From Gnetum montanum (Eukaryota; Plantae; Gnetophyta): DNA of 64,000 bases. Where the stretch lies: the NCBI GenBank assembly GCA_015680685.1, contig MNCI01001219.1, positions 61,629 through 125,628 of the forward strand, written 5' to 3'. The notes under the pieces are model-generated. The model had not been told where the DNA came from and ran no database searches. It worked only from the letters and a program-made list of their open reading frames with translations. Each line of letters opens with the position of its first letter. The first letter of the stretch is position 1. Below are positions 27,501 to 41,090 of the stretch, piece by piece. A program made the translations under genes and the position numbers.

Positions 27501-30500
27501 TCTTGTGAGAAGCTTAACTAGTTTCATGCATATTTTTGAATTAGAGCTATCATTAGTAATTAATCACTAGGTACCTTCCTATTTGGTAGCTGTTGTGTAT
27601 AAGAACCTTTGAACATCTGATGTTTTAGCACACTTCTTGCATGTTGTGATAAAGATGCTTTCCATAGCCCATATTTTCTTTATGCATTGACACCCTATGT
27701 TACTATACATGATGCATGAAATCCTCTTCTTCTCTACTTTTTCAAAATCATTTTTCTTAAAGATCTCTAAGGAAATATCTCTATTTCATAGCTTGGCATC
27801 AATTGTATTAAGCCAAGTCCTTCCCATGATAATATGGAAGTCCCGCTTATAGTTGTCTACAAGGATTACCATGAAATCCATTGGATAGGATCATTTATAA
27901 ATGGTGGTCATAAGATCTTGTATCAATCCTAAGGGAATAATGATGGATTGATTTGTGAACTCTAACCTTATATTACATTTCTTTAGTGGAGCTAGGTTCT
28001 AAGTTTTCTACATCTCTTGGGAGATTAAGTTTATCCCATAGATTGAGTCTAGTAGAGCTTTACATGAATCATTTCCTAAAATATGTAAGTAGATTAGGAA
28101 ACTTCCAGGATTAGATCTTTTCCTTGGAAGATGCCATACCTTAATCTAGTGGGTAACTACATCTATTAACATGACAATATGAACATTTTGGAATCTTTAG
28201 CTTGAAGGTGGTATATCAGTAATTTCTAAAGCAGTTTATGTAGGATGAGTAGCCTCAAATACCTATGAGGGTTTAGGTGGACTATTGGATTTGAAAAAAT
28301 TTTGTTTCTTAGGCTTATGTTTAAAACCACTTAAATCGTAATCTAGTTATAAGTTCATAGCCCTTGTGACATTATGTTGTTAAGGCAGTGGTGGGATTTC
28401 TCTTTGCATAGGTGATGCAAGTGGCAAGGGTGTGAAAGTGAAAGGTGCAAGATAAGATTTTGAATAATGAGAAGAATAAGTGAAAGGAGATTTAGCTCAC
28501 AGAGTAGGCATTCTATGATATTTAGGGGGATATTAGTAGTGGAAGAAAGAAGTGTGGCTTGAAGAGCCATAAGAAGATAGAGGTTGTTGGATAATATAAT
28601 CATATAGATCTTGTCAACAATAAGGGTATTACTACCTTGGTGTTGGAATCCCCCACAACTATGGGTTCTCTTAGGTGGTTTCCTTTTTCCAAACTTTGGA
28701 TTTAAAGCATACACCCTAGATTCTTGTAAGTGTACTAATACAGGACAACATGCTTTAGGATGTTCATATTAGCATATGTCATATCCTTCATCTGTTTTAC
28801 AATCTACAACCTCATTAACCACTTTAACCTTACATTTCTAATGATAATAGTCTCTGATTGTATCTTTTTTCCTCCTTATATTACTATCTTGGTTCCTTAT
28901 CTTCATTTCCTCCTCCATAATCTTTAGAGTAGTTTGGAACTTCTCATCTAAGGAGTCTCACATTTTATCCACTTTGGCTAATATTTCCATAATAGATTTT
29001 TGGATCGGCAGAGTTTTTCTTTGTACCACTTCATCCAATGATGCTTCCTCTTCAAGATCATAGAAATGCACCTCTCTTTTGTGAATGGAGAGGCCTTTGT
29101 TATACTCTGTTGCATTCTCTCTCTTTTTAAGTTCTATCTCTTATTTGATCACTTGATTAAGAAACTTTTGAATCCGATGGTCCTTCATTTCTAATAATCT
29201 CCCTTAGGCATAAATCCCAAGGGTTTCTCTTATTTTATTTCAAAGTTCATCTATCATGTGGTGAAGTTGTTTCCTTTTATAAAAATCATGGCCTGAGCAT
29301 TGATGCAAAAGAAAATAAGACTTGCCCAAGGTTGCATCAAGGGATTCATGATTGCCTTATTTTCAACATTGAATTTATTTTCTTAAGTTAGACATCATGG
29401 AGTATGTCTGATACTTATCGTTAAATAGCTCTAGCATTATACTCCACCTACAAATAGATTCTAGGTCCAAGGATTAGTATCAACTTTCCACTTCTTTAAT
29501 GAGTATTATAGGAACAATTTAAGTTTCTGCCACTTATTTTCAATGTTCTGTAAGCCATAGGCATTATGAAAGGCTTACAATGATGTTGTGGTTCAACATT
29601 ATACCCTCCTTTAAATTTAGGGATGTTATTCATATCAAAATGTTTAATTTGTATATCCCTTTGATGCTTGGTAGGAATATAAACTACTTTTAAAATATTG
29701 ATCATACTTCTTATAGCTAGTAGTCATTCATCATAGTCACTATATTCATGACTGCCCCTATCATGGCTATGTCTTCTATGATGTGACATGTTATGCCTTC
29801 TTTCTTGATGATGCTTTCCCTTCCTTTTGTTGTTGACTATGCTTACTTCTCCCATTCCTACAATGGAACTTGTGGTCATCTCCATCTCGATCTTGATCAT
29901 TTATCCTTCGGTTTCGGTCACGGTCCCTCCTATTAGAGTTTGACAATGAGAAGTATGATGAAGGTGAAGGACTAGGAGAGTTTTGTCAACGTGTCCTTCT
30001 CTTTTGGTTCCGTGGTTGTTCTTTTGATGGATGGTTTGAATATCTTGGTCTCAAGATTCTTCTAGTTTTGGAATCTATTTTCTCGTTACCTTGGTTACCC
30101 ACCAAGTTTGATTGTAACCATTGGTGATTTGTATCTTTCTCATCAAAAGGAGAAGGACCTTGTTGTTGAGATTACCTTGGTAGAAATTATGGGGCCTCCT
30201 TCTATGATTGTAAAAATAGTGAGATCAAGTATAATTAAATGGACTTTATTTACCTAATTGGCTAATATAATTAAATGGTAAAAGGTTTGCTTTGCTAATT
30301 TTTGTCTTCCTAATCAGCACTTATGTTAATTTGTTGGTATGGTTAAGTGTGACTAAGGTGTAGGATATGCATTTTTATAATTTTTGTTATTTTCCTAAAT
30401 GATTAAATAAATGAAGGTTAATATTTAAATTAACTAAACTAGCCTAAATGTCAAGCATCTGTTCCCACTTTTTGTACACATCCTGAATGTATATTAACAC

Positions 30501-31013
30501 AACTGGGTTATCAAGTATCCACTATTGGGATTACCAAGCATTAATATATTATGCTTGAAGTGGTTGTACTTACATTAATTATGTATTATAATATTAAATA
30601 TTTAATAATGAGAAAGTAAATTGCATTCAAAGTAAATTGCTAGAAAGTAAAGTTAAACTAATCCAAGTGCTACAATGAATGAAAGAAATCTTGATTTTAT
30701 TACTGTTTATGCAATTGTATCTAGGTACATGTTGCACTCAAATAAAATGTCGTATAATCACTTCAATCTATGCTATGGGTACTTAGAGGGAAAAGTTTGC
30801 TAACTTCTATGGAGAGAAATTGTAAGAGTTCGGCTAAGGGAATGATCAAATGGTATCATAAATATGATGAGTGTGTGCATTTATATAGGCAGTGACTACA
30901 TTAGTGTTAATGCACATATGCCAACGTATCTTGAGATGCGGTGACAAGGATATGTTAAAGGGGTTGCATCGATAGCTATGCATTGGCGTAGTTGTCTTAT
31001 TTACATTTCATCA
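18593..31013 (-). mobile_element. Athila-like Ty3/gypsy element, heavily decayed, with extra 3' ORF
   Basis: LTRs 18593-19430 and ~30238-31013 (inner end and PBS deleted). Gag 30200-28300 is homologous to the gag of element 52518-59269; PR ~28060, RT ~27200-26500, RH ~26300, INT ~25700-24600. Confidence 0.88.
19600..22494 (-). pseudogene. Athila-type extra ('env-like') ORF: plant-transposon-protein-like domain plus coiled coil, disrupted
   Basis: ttgtag|ATG ACA CCT AAG AGA GGA start at 22494; ISYSIETIVEALGLPNIG (~21960-22010); ORF 21565-21825 (LNPMVRPSNVT..NLLKIIF..LRFPCLIRKLCKRIGV); K/E/L-rich tail 20760-19950. Confidence 0.7.
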
Positions 31014-32430
31014 TCTCTAATACAATCAATTACAAATTCAATCATATTAAAATATCTACCAATGAACTTTGGGAAAAGTATTTAAAATTTCATGCTATAA
31101 TTCAATTCTAGCTACATAATTATTAGGAGCATAAATGCTAAATAACTTGAAAGGGTTGCTAGGTTCATTAAAAAATGGCCCCAATAGCTATGTTAGCATT
31201 TTCACATCCTTGTTAAATCATCTTACTAATCCAAGATAATGAATGATAATAGAAGTACCAACTTTCCAAAAAAACATTTGTTGTAGAAATGTAGTTGCTA
31301 TTCAATAATATATCATTAGTAATATGAGTAATGGTAGCATTGGAAATTTTGATATCTTATAATAAAATAAAATCATTATTAAATGGTTGTCATAAAAAAT
31401 TTCTAACATAAACACATTGAATTATGTCAATTAGACTTCAAACATTTTAAGAAAAATAATCATGGTTATAGTGGATGAGAATGCCCCCATCCTATTTGAT
31501 GTGTGGAGACCTATATTGTCTTTAATATCGTATTTGAAGATAACGAGGATGATTGGCCAACTTTTCTCTAATCCCAAACTTGTCATTGACTGCCTCAATA
31601 CTAACTAGTTGTTGCCTATCTATGTGAATATTTCACACCTAAGATAACTATTTCATGGGCTTTGTTTCTTGATCATACCACATTAGTGACTTTTTTTTCT
31701 GTAATGGACTTAAAGTCTTGCTTACTCTACATAAAACTTTTTCAATTTTTATAATCTTATTTTTATGTTAATATAATATGAGTTTGGGTTGAAAAAAATA
31801 CTAACTAACAATTGTTAGGAAAATCTATTTATGTACTTAAGACTTGACTTCAATAAATATGATGTTAAGAATTTGATAGATTCACTTGTTTGGAAGTGTT
31901 GAGTGCGAAAAGAAAAAATATATAATCCAATGAGTTTGAAATTTGATCCCCTCACAAGTTTTAATGAAATATTGTTCCACCAACTTCCTTTACCTATTCT
32001 TGAATAAGAGCACTCTATTTAGAAAGAAGAGTAGTGTTCTCCAACTTGCAACTCCATACCATTTGTAACAACAGAAGCTGAAAAAGTTGCCTGGTATCCT
32101 TAGCAAAAAGATGGATCCAAGCTCCTTGATTGCTTCCATCTTCTAGACAAGATAGAGTTGCAAATCATTCAATCAATAGATTTTTGTATAGCCTTAGGTG
32201 GGGATGTAATCCTAACAAAATAGCAGGTCATGGCAACATAGAAAGACTTAGCCAATAGTGCTTTGGCCTTGCTAGAAAGAGAAATATTTGACCAAATGGA
32301 ATTTTCTATGAATCTTCTTGGTCAAACAGTATCAGGTTTTGAAGCTGTTGTAGTTGTGGTGGTTTTGCATAGGGATTCTAGTGTAAAAATTAGTCTCATT
32401 TCCTAATATAACATACAGTTAGGAAGAAAG
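31014..32430 (-). mobile_element. Old LINE fragment (end of ORF1, start of ORF2 endonuclease), duplication copy 1
   Basis: Degenerate GDFN motif (GRYFNMIEF..D) at ~31020-31060; near-collinear with 41450-42830. Confidence 0.65.
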
Positions 32431-32630
32431 TGTGAAGATAATGCAAACATTAAATATATGGCATATGACAAAGTAAGAGGGTGATGATATTAACATGTAC
32501 CTATTCAAGGTACATATGAGAGAAATCCTATAAATAATAATGATGTATATGAGAGATGATAAGGAAGAATCTCTAAAATCAAGGGATTTGTCAAAAGCTA
32601 ATTTGGGAATACTGTTACATCACTTCATGT

Positions 32631-35600
32631 GCACCTAGGCAATGACCAAATCAAAGCAAGGCTACTATGGGTCGCCGCACACCCCCACTTCTGGGAGGAG
32701 GGCCCTTCCCAGGGAGGTTTGTCATCGCCATCGATCATGGACTGGATAAACACCAGTCGAGGTTCGGTGCAACCTAGTTCCCCTCCCGAGGGGACGAGGC
32801 CAATACGCAAACAGGGGATGGTGGTATCCCTACCAGCAGCCAAGGTTGGATGACCAGACAACAACACCCACCATCACAAGGCTACGTAGCTATTCGTTGA
32901 TTTGGGAGTGCAGCCCACACTCCAGGAAGTTTACCACCGACACATGTCTCCATGAAGGTCCTCTCATGGAACTGCAGGGGCCAGGGTACCCCATACAAAC
33001 GGCATACCCTGCAATGTATGGTGCAAGACGAGAGGTGCGATATTGTGTGTTTACAAGAAACGAAACTTCAACAGATGGAAGCCCATGTGCTACAATGGTT
33101 GGGGTGGCACAGCCATCTAGCGACCAGCAGGGGGCACGCGAGAGGCCTTGCGATCCTCACCAAGATGGACTCGTATGCCCTGGACACTTCTGATCGGTGC
33201 ATCACGGTGCACCTGCCGGGGCCGAATGTGTGGGTAACCAATGTTTACAGCCCTCAGGGATGGCAAGGCCACCTTCAGGAGCTTTCACGGGTCATGGGGC
33301 TTATCCCCAACAATGCCAGATAGTTATTGATTGGAGACTTCAACCAAAGGCTCTACAACTGGGAGAAGACAGGAGACAGCATGGCGGAGCCCCCAGGGGT
33401 GCTCAAATTTCTCACGCTATTACAGCATAAGGATCTCTCCGACATCGAAATCGCAGGGTGCAAGTACACCTAGAGCAATCACAGACAAGGTACAACGCGA
33501 GTTCAATCCCAGATTGATCGGGTGTGGGTCAATAAAGCGCTACTAACCAATTGGGAAATCCATGCCTACGGTGGTGCTTGAATGGCCTCTGATCACCAGC
33601 CCATCCTCTGCCAGCTGGAGCCCAACGTGCATCAGAGCCCCTGCCCATTCTGGTTTGAATGTACCTGGCTATGCAAGTCGTGGCTGGGTGAGCTAGTTCA
33701 GAACATTTGGCAGGGATATCCGACCTCGGTGGACCCACGCAATTTTTTAAAAAATTGGTTAAAGACCCTCAAAAGTCAAATTAAAAATATCGGAACGGCA
33801 GAAAAATATAGTTTCAAAGGATACCGAACTCAAATCCAGGCCAAGCTACAAGTAATTCAGAAGCAACAGGAGCAAGGGGCCGACCACACCTACAAGGAGC
33901 TTGCCCTCCAAGCCGAGCTACAACTGCTGCACCAAGAAGAGGAAGAATATTGGTGCCAACGGGCCCACATGCAGTGGTTGAGGGCAGGGGATCAGCACAC
34001 GAAATTCTTTTTTACAGTGGCGAAGGCACACCGTGGAACTCTCCAATGATTACTGCAGTGTTTTATGCAAGGAGAACCAACGCACCCACACTCTGGCACG
34101 AACAGACTGCTACAATACTGGCAGCAAGTCTGGAATTGGCAGCCAACGGACCCGATTTCAGTGCTAGTGCATAAAATTTTAAATCTGGCTGATAATTCAC
34201 AGCTTCTACAACCTTTCTCGCTCTAGGAGCTCCAAAGCGCACTGCAGGATATGCCGGCAGATAAGGCCCTGGGGCCAAACAGGTGGCCCATTGAATTCTT
34301 CCGTGACTTCAAAGACATCTTGGGGGCGAACCTGCTTAATGCTTTTAACTACATGCTAGCGTGGCGTCAAGTTCATAAAGAAATCAATTGCTCACATGGT
34401 CCTACTGCCAAAGATGGAGAAGCCCACATCCCCAGGACATTTTTGCCCCATCAAAGTCTGCAACTCGCTGCTGCGTTTATTTTCTCGCATGCTTGTTGCC
34501 AAGCTGCGGCCCCTCATGCCATGCCTGGTGAGGAAAAACTAGGCTACTTTTATGAAGGATCATCATCTTCAAGACCAAGTCCTGCTGCTACAGGAAATTC
34601 GGCACTCTCTTCGGGTCGCTAAATTACCGGGCCTCTGCATCAAACTTGACATAACCAAGGCTTACAATTCCGTGAGTTGGGCAACACTGAGGACTGTGCT
34701 GCACGCGAAAGGCTTCGACAAGGCTTTCGTGGAGCTCTGCCTGCAGATTCAATGGGGAGGGCGGTACTTGCTGGACATTGATGGACACGTGTGGGGCTTT
34801 CACGGGACCGGACGCGGGCTTCGTCAAGGCGACCCCCTCTCTCCACTCCTTTTCCTGATGATGATGGACCTCTTGCAAACATATTGTGCTGAAGAAGGGG
34901 TCCAGGGGCTAAATATGCATGGCATCCCATGCCTCACCGCCCATTACGCGGATGACACCATGATCTTCACCAGGGCCACCATGCCGCAGGTTGGGGTGTT
35001 AACAAGGGCGCTGAATCGACTTCAGCGGGAAGTGGGCCTGGCACCCAACCCAGGGAAATATGCGTTATATTTCACACACACCCACCCTTTGGTATGCAAC
35101 AAGGTCATTCAAATCCTGGGGATCTTACTGGGAGAGGCGGACGACAAATATCTAAGCATCCCCATCCACAACTAGCACCGATTGCAAACGTGGTAGGCCC
35201 TTATTATGAGAATTCAAAAACGCACGATGCACTGGACGAATAGCTTCCTGTCTGGTAAAGGGAAAATCATGCTAGCATCTACGGTGTTGGGGGCCATGGT
35301 AAGGTTTGCAACCTCGATGGCCTCTTTGCCCTCTGGAGTCGCCACAAAAATTGATGCAATTATCCACGATTTTGTGTGGTTGGGCAGCAAGGGGGGGAAA
35401 AAGATGCACTTGGTGGCTTGGGCCAAAACCGTGCAGCCTCGCATTGCGTGGGGGGGGGGGGGGAGGGGGGGTTGGAATCCTCCCTTTCACGGTTGAAGTA
35501 GCCTTAGGAAGACAAAGACTTCTTCGGCGACTTTCTGCAACGAATGAAGACCCCTCCCTCTGGGCGCAAATCCTACGGCAGAAATATAGCCCCTAGGCGA

Positions 35601-37327
35601 TGTCGAGCTCCGATTCTCATGTTTGGAGGCAGTTATGCACACATGTAAGGTTGCTGGGCCACGATGATGAGATCTCCCTGCATCCTTGACAACTCCTCCA
35701 GAAACAGTTCATGATCAATCCACATTGGATGCGGCTCTGAAAGGGCATTCTCCCGGAGAAAATCAAAATGTTTGTGTGGCTGATCCTTCACCATGCCCTC
35801 CCCATGTGGGCCTTACTGCAGACATGTGGCCTGGCAATCAGTAACCATTGCCCACTATGTAATCAACACACAGAAACGTTACAGCACTTCATGCATGAGT
35901 GTCACGTGACCAGGCAATTCTAGCGTACAGCAGGTCTTCATTCCCCAGATTTCTCTAGCAATTCGTCGATGCTGGTGACACTCTGGATCCTATGGAGGGC
36001 CAGGAATGACTACATCTTTAAAGGGGCAGCCCTCCCGCCTTCGGCAGTGCTATCTGGTAGGATCCGAAAACTCTGGCAAGATATTACCATTGCAATGGAT
36101 CTGCATGTCCACCTCGAGCCACCTGTGACTGCCCTCCAACGTCGCCTGGATCTTTGGCGCTGGGTCTCGCGCATGAGGTGGATGCAAATTCTGCCCAAAA
36201 TGGTGGCTGACTCGGAGATGGACACCCATTCCTTCTACACAAATTGGGGCGAGGAGGCTACTGTGTTTAGGGGGCATCAGATCCTTATCACAGTTGATTC
36301 AGTCGCAGCCGTGATCGGAGCGCCCATCAGAGGTGCACACATCCCCCCAATCGCTGGTTCCCATGCGGCGGCTATTGATTTCTTCTCGGGCCCCATCCCC
36401 AAGACGGCTAGTGGACACATCAAGGGGACGGCCCTCTCACCCGACTGGAAGGCGGCGGCGGAGTTGGTCGAGCGTTGTTTCATCCATTCTAGTTTGCACC
36501 ATAAACTGAACGGGGTGCACTTCAGGTTCCTTCAGTGCATGTGTGACGAAACTCCCATCAACCTCCCATTGTTCCTTTGGGAGTCCCTGTGGAGGCGTCG
36601 TCCTGGCAAACATCCGGGGGTGATTCGGGCCCTATGGTTGGCCAGTATTCCCAACCTGCCGCTTCAACCAACGAATCATCTAGAGCCGAGGCAGCAGCAC
36701 AAGCAAAAGAGGCGGGTGTCTAGTGCGGGGGTCACTATGGCCGAAAATAGAGCCGTGGTCACCCCCCTTGACGCTATCCAAGAACGGGACCCGCCGAGAC
36801 CAACCTTGGAGGAGGAGATGCCAATGATAAAATATGATACCTCTGGCAACACAGGGGGGCAACACCCGACATCCCCTACTCAGTTGTCAATCCAGACGCT
36901 GCTTTGGATTGAAGACGGCCTCAAGGACCATATGATAGGCATTGGCTAGATAATTGAGGAAAACCAACGCTACATAGCGGCCGGGCCAGGGCAGCCAGGC
37001 CCTTGCACGCACCTCGTCAAAGAGAACCAACAGTCCAGACACAATTCTCCCGGAAGGTAGTCGACGGGGAGGGGGTGGCGCCTCAGGGGAGGGGGGTGCG
37101 TAATTGGTAATTCGTAATTCGGGAATGTGCACGAGCTAACGACCAGGGCGGGAAAGGCCGTCTACCTGTGGGGATGCCTGTGGCGGGGCGGGCCTTGGGG
37201 ATTTCTGGGTGATTATTCTTGGCCGGTGTGGGGCCAGCGGCCCTGGCCTGTGCTGTACAGCGGTATAGCTCCGTTTTTTTGGAATATAAATTCACTCGAT
37301 CTTTTCCGGAAAAAAAAAGAGAAAAAA
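32631..37327 (+). mobile_element. 5'-truncated L1-like LINE, ORF2 (EN-RT-zf-RVT) with extra C-terminal domain; A-rich tail
   Basis: MKVLSWNCRG/CLQETK (32952), IGDFN, ASDHQP, LRQGDPLSPLLF, YADD, CPLC..ETLQHFMHEC, LWILWRARNDYIF; tail gaaaaaaaaagagaaaaaa 37309-37327. Confidence 0.95.
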
Positions 37328-37373
37328 TATGCCATCATCCCTATTTTATTTCCAAAAGGCTGACGCGGAAAAT

Positions 37374-37580
37374 TCAAAATCCACGGCAACAATGGTGCTG
37401 CACAACTGCATATTCAACCGACACTTTTCTTGACAAATATAACAACCAAGACTTCGGCAGAGGATCTCGTAGCTTACGGGGTATGCTTGTTTGCTTCGTA
37501 ATTATAGTTAGCGAGTAGCAGCAATGAAAAAATATGGCTACACTGGCAAAGAGAACCAACAGAGTGGCAGCGTCAACCAT
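37374..37580 (-). CDS. Possible small secreted peptide (68 aa)
   Basis: Signal-peptide-like N-terminus MVDAATLLVLFASVAIFFHCCYS, then RKL; (TA)n tract ~200 bp upstream; no recognisable family. Confidence 0.25.
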   Translation of the reverse strand: MVDAATLLVLFASVAIFFHCCYSLTIITKQTSIPRKLRDPLPKSWLLYLSRKVSVEYAVVQHHCCRGF

Positions 37581-38804
37581 ATTAACTATAGTGCCGTTAA
37601 TTTAAACAAAAAGGTTCGCATGCCATATCGTGAAGAAAGCAGGAACATAGGAGACTAAGATATTCTTAGGCAAGTATTTTTACCATTTGATTTATTTAAT
37701 ATTTGTTTAAAAAACTTCCCATTGAGGGGGGGAAGAAATTCAAATCAATGGCACGATTATTATATTATCACCCCATATATATATATATAATAAACCATGG
37801 GAGTGGCCATCCTATATTTGTATTTAGGTGATATGGAATTGAAGAAGGCACCTAAGTTGTAGTTCTTTTACCCTTCAAAATTAGGAGGCATGTATTTTTG
37901 ATATTTATCCCAAAAAGAAGAACAAGAGGGAAGAAAAAAGGCCCAGGCGATAACCAAAGCAAGTTGAAGATATGACCTCAAGACTACAACAAGTGTGACC
38001 TAACATATGGCAAGGCACACTATACTTGAATGCAATTTCAATTTAGATGGCAAGATCAATTCTCAAGAAGATGCATCATCGAGAAGAATGACCTTAAAGA
38101 TTATGCAATAGAGCTCATGCACAATAAGGTCATACTCTTGCTAACAAACATAAATGAGGAGTAACCAAAAGACAAATCAAGTCTTCAACACCATGCAACA
38201 AGATCAAGGAGAGACCTAGCATGGTGATGCCATCAACAAACAAGGAGATCTCCACCAATGCTTCATTTAAAAGATAACATAGAAGCTAAGTAGCTTCACA
38301 ACCAAGTTGGTAAATATAGTTGCATAATCCTTATGTAAATGCATGACATGAAATAGAATAGTGTATGCATCATGGAGGTTTATTAAATGACAAGTATTAT
38401 GTTGTCATTAAGGGGGTGATTGTGAGGATAATGCCAACATTAAATATATGGCATATGACAAAGTAAGAGGATGATAATATTAACATGTAGCTATTCAAGG
38501 TACATATGAGAGAAATCCTATAAATAATATGATGTATATGAGAGATGATGAGGAAGAATCTCTAAATTCAAGGGATTAGTCAAAAGCTAATTTGGAAATA
38601 TTGTTACATGACTTCTTGTGTAAATATGAACTAATGTGAATGGAAATGCAGTGCCTCATTGCTTATCTTGGTTTGGTTTGGGGTGTGGACCAACTCCTCA
38701 TTTCTATGCATTCTATATGTTCTGTCATAGAGTTTGATGTTTGGTTATTTTGATTCTTTCTCATTTCTCAATTTTTCTTTGTCTCAATGCTCTCAATCCT
38801 TTCA

Positions 38805-39720
38805 AAAAGGGTGAGAATAGTGTAGGAAAATCTACTTGGAGAAAAGCTCCAAAGCTTAATAGTGAGGATCATAGTATCTTCCTATAGTAGGCAATGCATG
38901 AGTTAATAAACATAACTCCTAAGCCCATGATACACTCTTGGATCAAAGAGGTCTTTATTATATCAACAATGATGAAGAATAAATAAGTGGCATCCCCTTG
39001 TGGAATGGCAAGAAGTTACAAGCTTCTCATTATTTGAGGGAGCAAAAAATGAGCTGAGCTTTAAAATTAGAAGTGAAGCCTTTGGCACTTGGTAGTAAGG
39101 ATACAAGATAAGGCTTCTCAATTCAGTAAGTCATATGCCTTGCAACATTTAAACTTAACAAAAAAATATTAAAATTGAAATTCTATTGTCTATAGATCCT
39201 TTAAATCTATAATGTTATAATTCAAAAGGAAGAGGATCCAGTATGAAGAAAACCTACCCAATTAAGAGCCACATTCATTGGAATTAAAGAGATTTAATTT
39301 AATAAACATCACAAGGAATTAAAATTGCTTACATAAATAAATTACCTCATAATTCAACTTTCTTTACAAATATGTTGAGGCTTTATAACTATCCAACAAA
39401 ACCTTTGTGATTTCCTAGATATAATAAAACTTTCCATTTTCTAGTTTCCATAATTCATAAACACGTAATCTTGGATATATCTTTCAACAAGAAAACCTAC
39501 ATGGTTAGGAGCCATAATCATAAGAAGCAAGGGGTGACAACAATGATAATATTAATTAACCATATAGATAGGATATTGTAAATGTGAGTAAGCTTATAAT
39601 ATAGAGGTAGCAATACAAGCTCCTATCTTTCTTTAGAATGAAGACAATTCTATGGATATTAATATGAATGCAAGCTCCCATCTTTCTTTGAAATGCAAAG
39701 ACATTTCTATAGTTATTTGA
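38805..39720 (-). mobile_element. Old LINE ORF1 region, duplication copy 1
   Basis: Continues 31014-32430 across the LTR insertion; collinear with 42830-43715; degenerate FKC Zn-knuckle remnant ~39140-39155. Confidence 0.55.
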
Positions 39721-40503
39721 TACTAGGAGTGTTTTTTTTTTTTTTTTTCCATAAATTTAAAGTTTCCATCATACATCAATATTTGTATCCATAAAACTAG
39801 AGCTTGTATATGTTAGGAATTCAACCCTTTACCAACCAGCCAACAAGCCACAAGCCTAGCAGCGCTGCCTTGGTATATCCTTTTAGTGTGAAATCTCATT
39901 TTCTTCTCTTGCAATTTTGTTTAATCCTTTATGCCGTTGTTCGTTCTCTTGCTGTTTTCTTTGTGCTTTTGAGCTTTACTTATACTTTTGAGGAATTGCA
40001 TTAATAGGTTTGGTAGGTACCTTCCAGCCGTTACACCGATAAGTAGGCACTTACTACATTCGTTAATAGGGAATGTGTGAAATTGATTAAGCTGGGTAAC
40101 CGTTGTCCGTTTGACGTACAATATTAAGTATCAAACACAGAAGAATCAAAGGTGACAATGCTTACGCTGCAAGCCGTTTGACGTACAATATTAAGTATCA
40201 AACACAGAAGAATCAAAGGTGACAATGCTTACGCTGCAAGCTCCATCGAGACGGTACGTGAGAGAGTAACCGCGTTTAAGCCCTGCATCGTTGTTTTTCT
40301 TAAGGGCAACGCAAGCCAGCCCAAACAACTGAAATTCAAGATAGGATAAGCGCCCGCTCTGGCTAATCCTGAACCAACCTATATGAATGATGAAATTAGC
40401 CATGTGTATGAATGGTACTATTGAATATTGGAATGCAATGACGCAGTCCAGGTAGCTCAACGGCCTTTGCGTTTCTGTTCTACGGCTGCCCAGGCATAGC
40501 TTG

Positions 40504-41090
40504 TAAGACTAAATGACCCACTTTTTATAGATTGGTTAATTGCATATTCGTGTTATTTCATAATAGTCATCGTTACGGTTAATTAAAGTTTTGTTATTTC
40601 TTAACAGTCATCCGCACCGTTACAGCAGTTTAAACACCAGTCGGAGCATTAATGCTTCTTCGGTGGAGGGAAGCACCACTCCATTCAAGATTATTGGATT
40701 CCTTGCCTAGCCTATAAAATGTGATTTGCCTATGCCATCAAGGCAATCATGCAAATAAGATCCAATTTAGTTATAGCAATAGAAATAGGCAAGACAATCT
40801 TCAATAAAGGTCACTCTCTACATAGTTCAACCTGTGAGGGCTATTTAACTGTATTTTGTGTTTACAAAGTGCTGCGCTATTTTCTTTTACCATCCATAAA
40901 AATCATAATTGTAAATTTTTATCAATAGATGAAAATATTTTATTTTTATGAAATTTTTTGTCCATTCGTAACATTATATTTTGTTTTATTTATTGTTAAT
41001 GGGCTGAATCTTTGAATATCTGAGCAATATAGAAATCTCTATTACTTTGGCTTACCTCTGATTAGAAAGATCATGGAATAAATTTTTTAA
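40504..41090. mobile_element. 587-bp non-coding insertion with 9-bp TSD
   Basis: CATAGCTTG at 40495-40503 and 41091-41099; single copy at the paralogous empty site ~44156-44164. Confidence 0.75.

Larger units (their letters stand above)
32431..38804 (+). mobile_element. Small LTR element (superfamily undetermined), rearranged internally
   Basis: 5' LTR remnant 32431-~32630 matches 3' LTR 38421-38804 (TG..CA); PPT AAGGGGGTGAT before 38421; TSD GAAAG/AAAAG; empty site in the duplicate at ~42826-42830. Confidence 0.75.

Noticed and set aside
40107-40240. Short local duplications (also 47854-47920, 49659-49722, 8630-8880)
   Set aside because: Ordinary slippage/repair duplications with no further structure
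40191-40460. Similar minus-strand ORFs at 40191-40460 and 43737-44084
   Set aside because: Similarity is explained by the promoter duplication; no protein-family features
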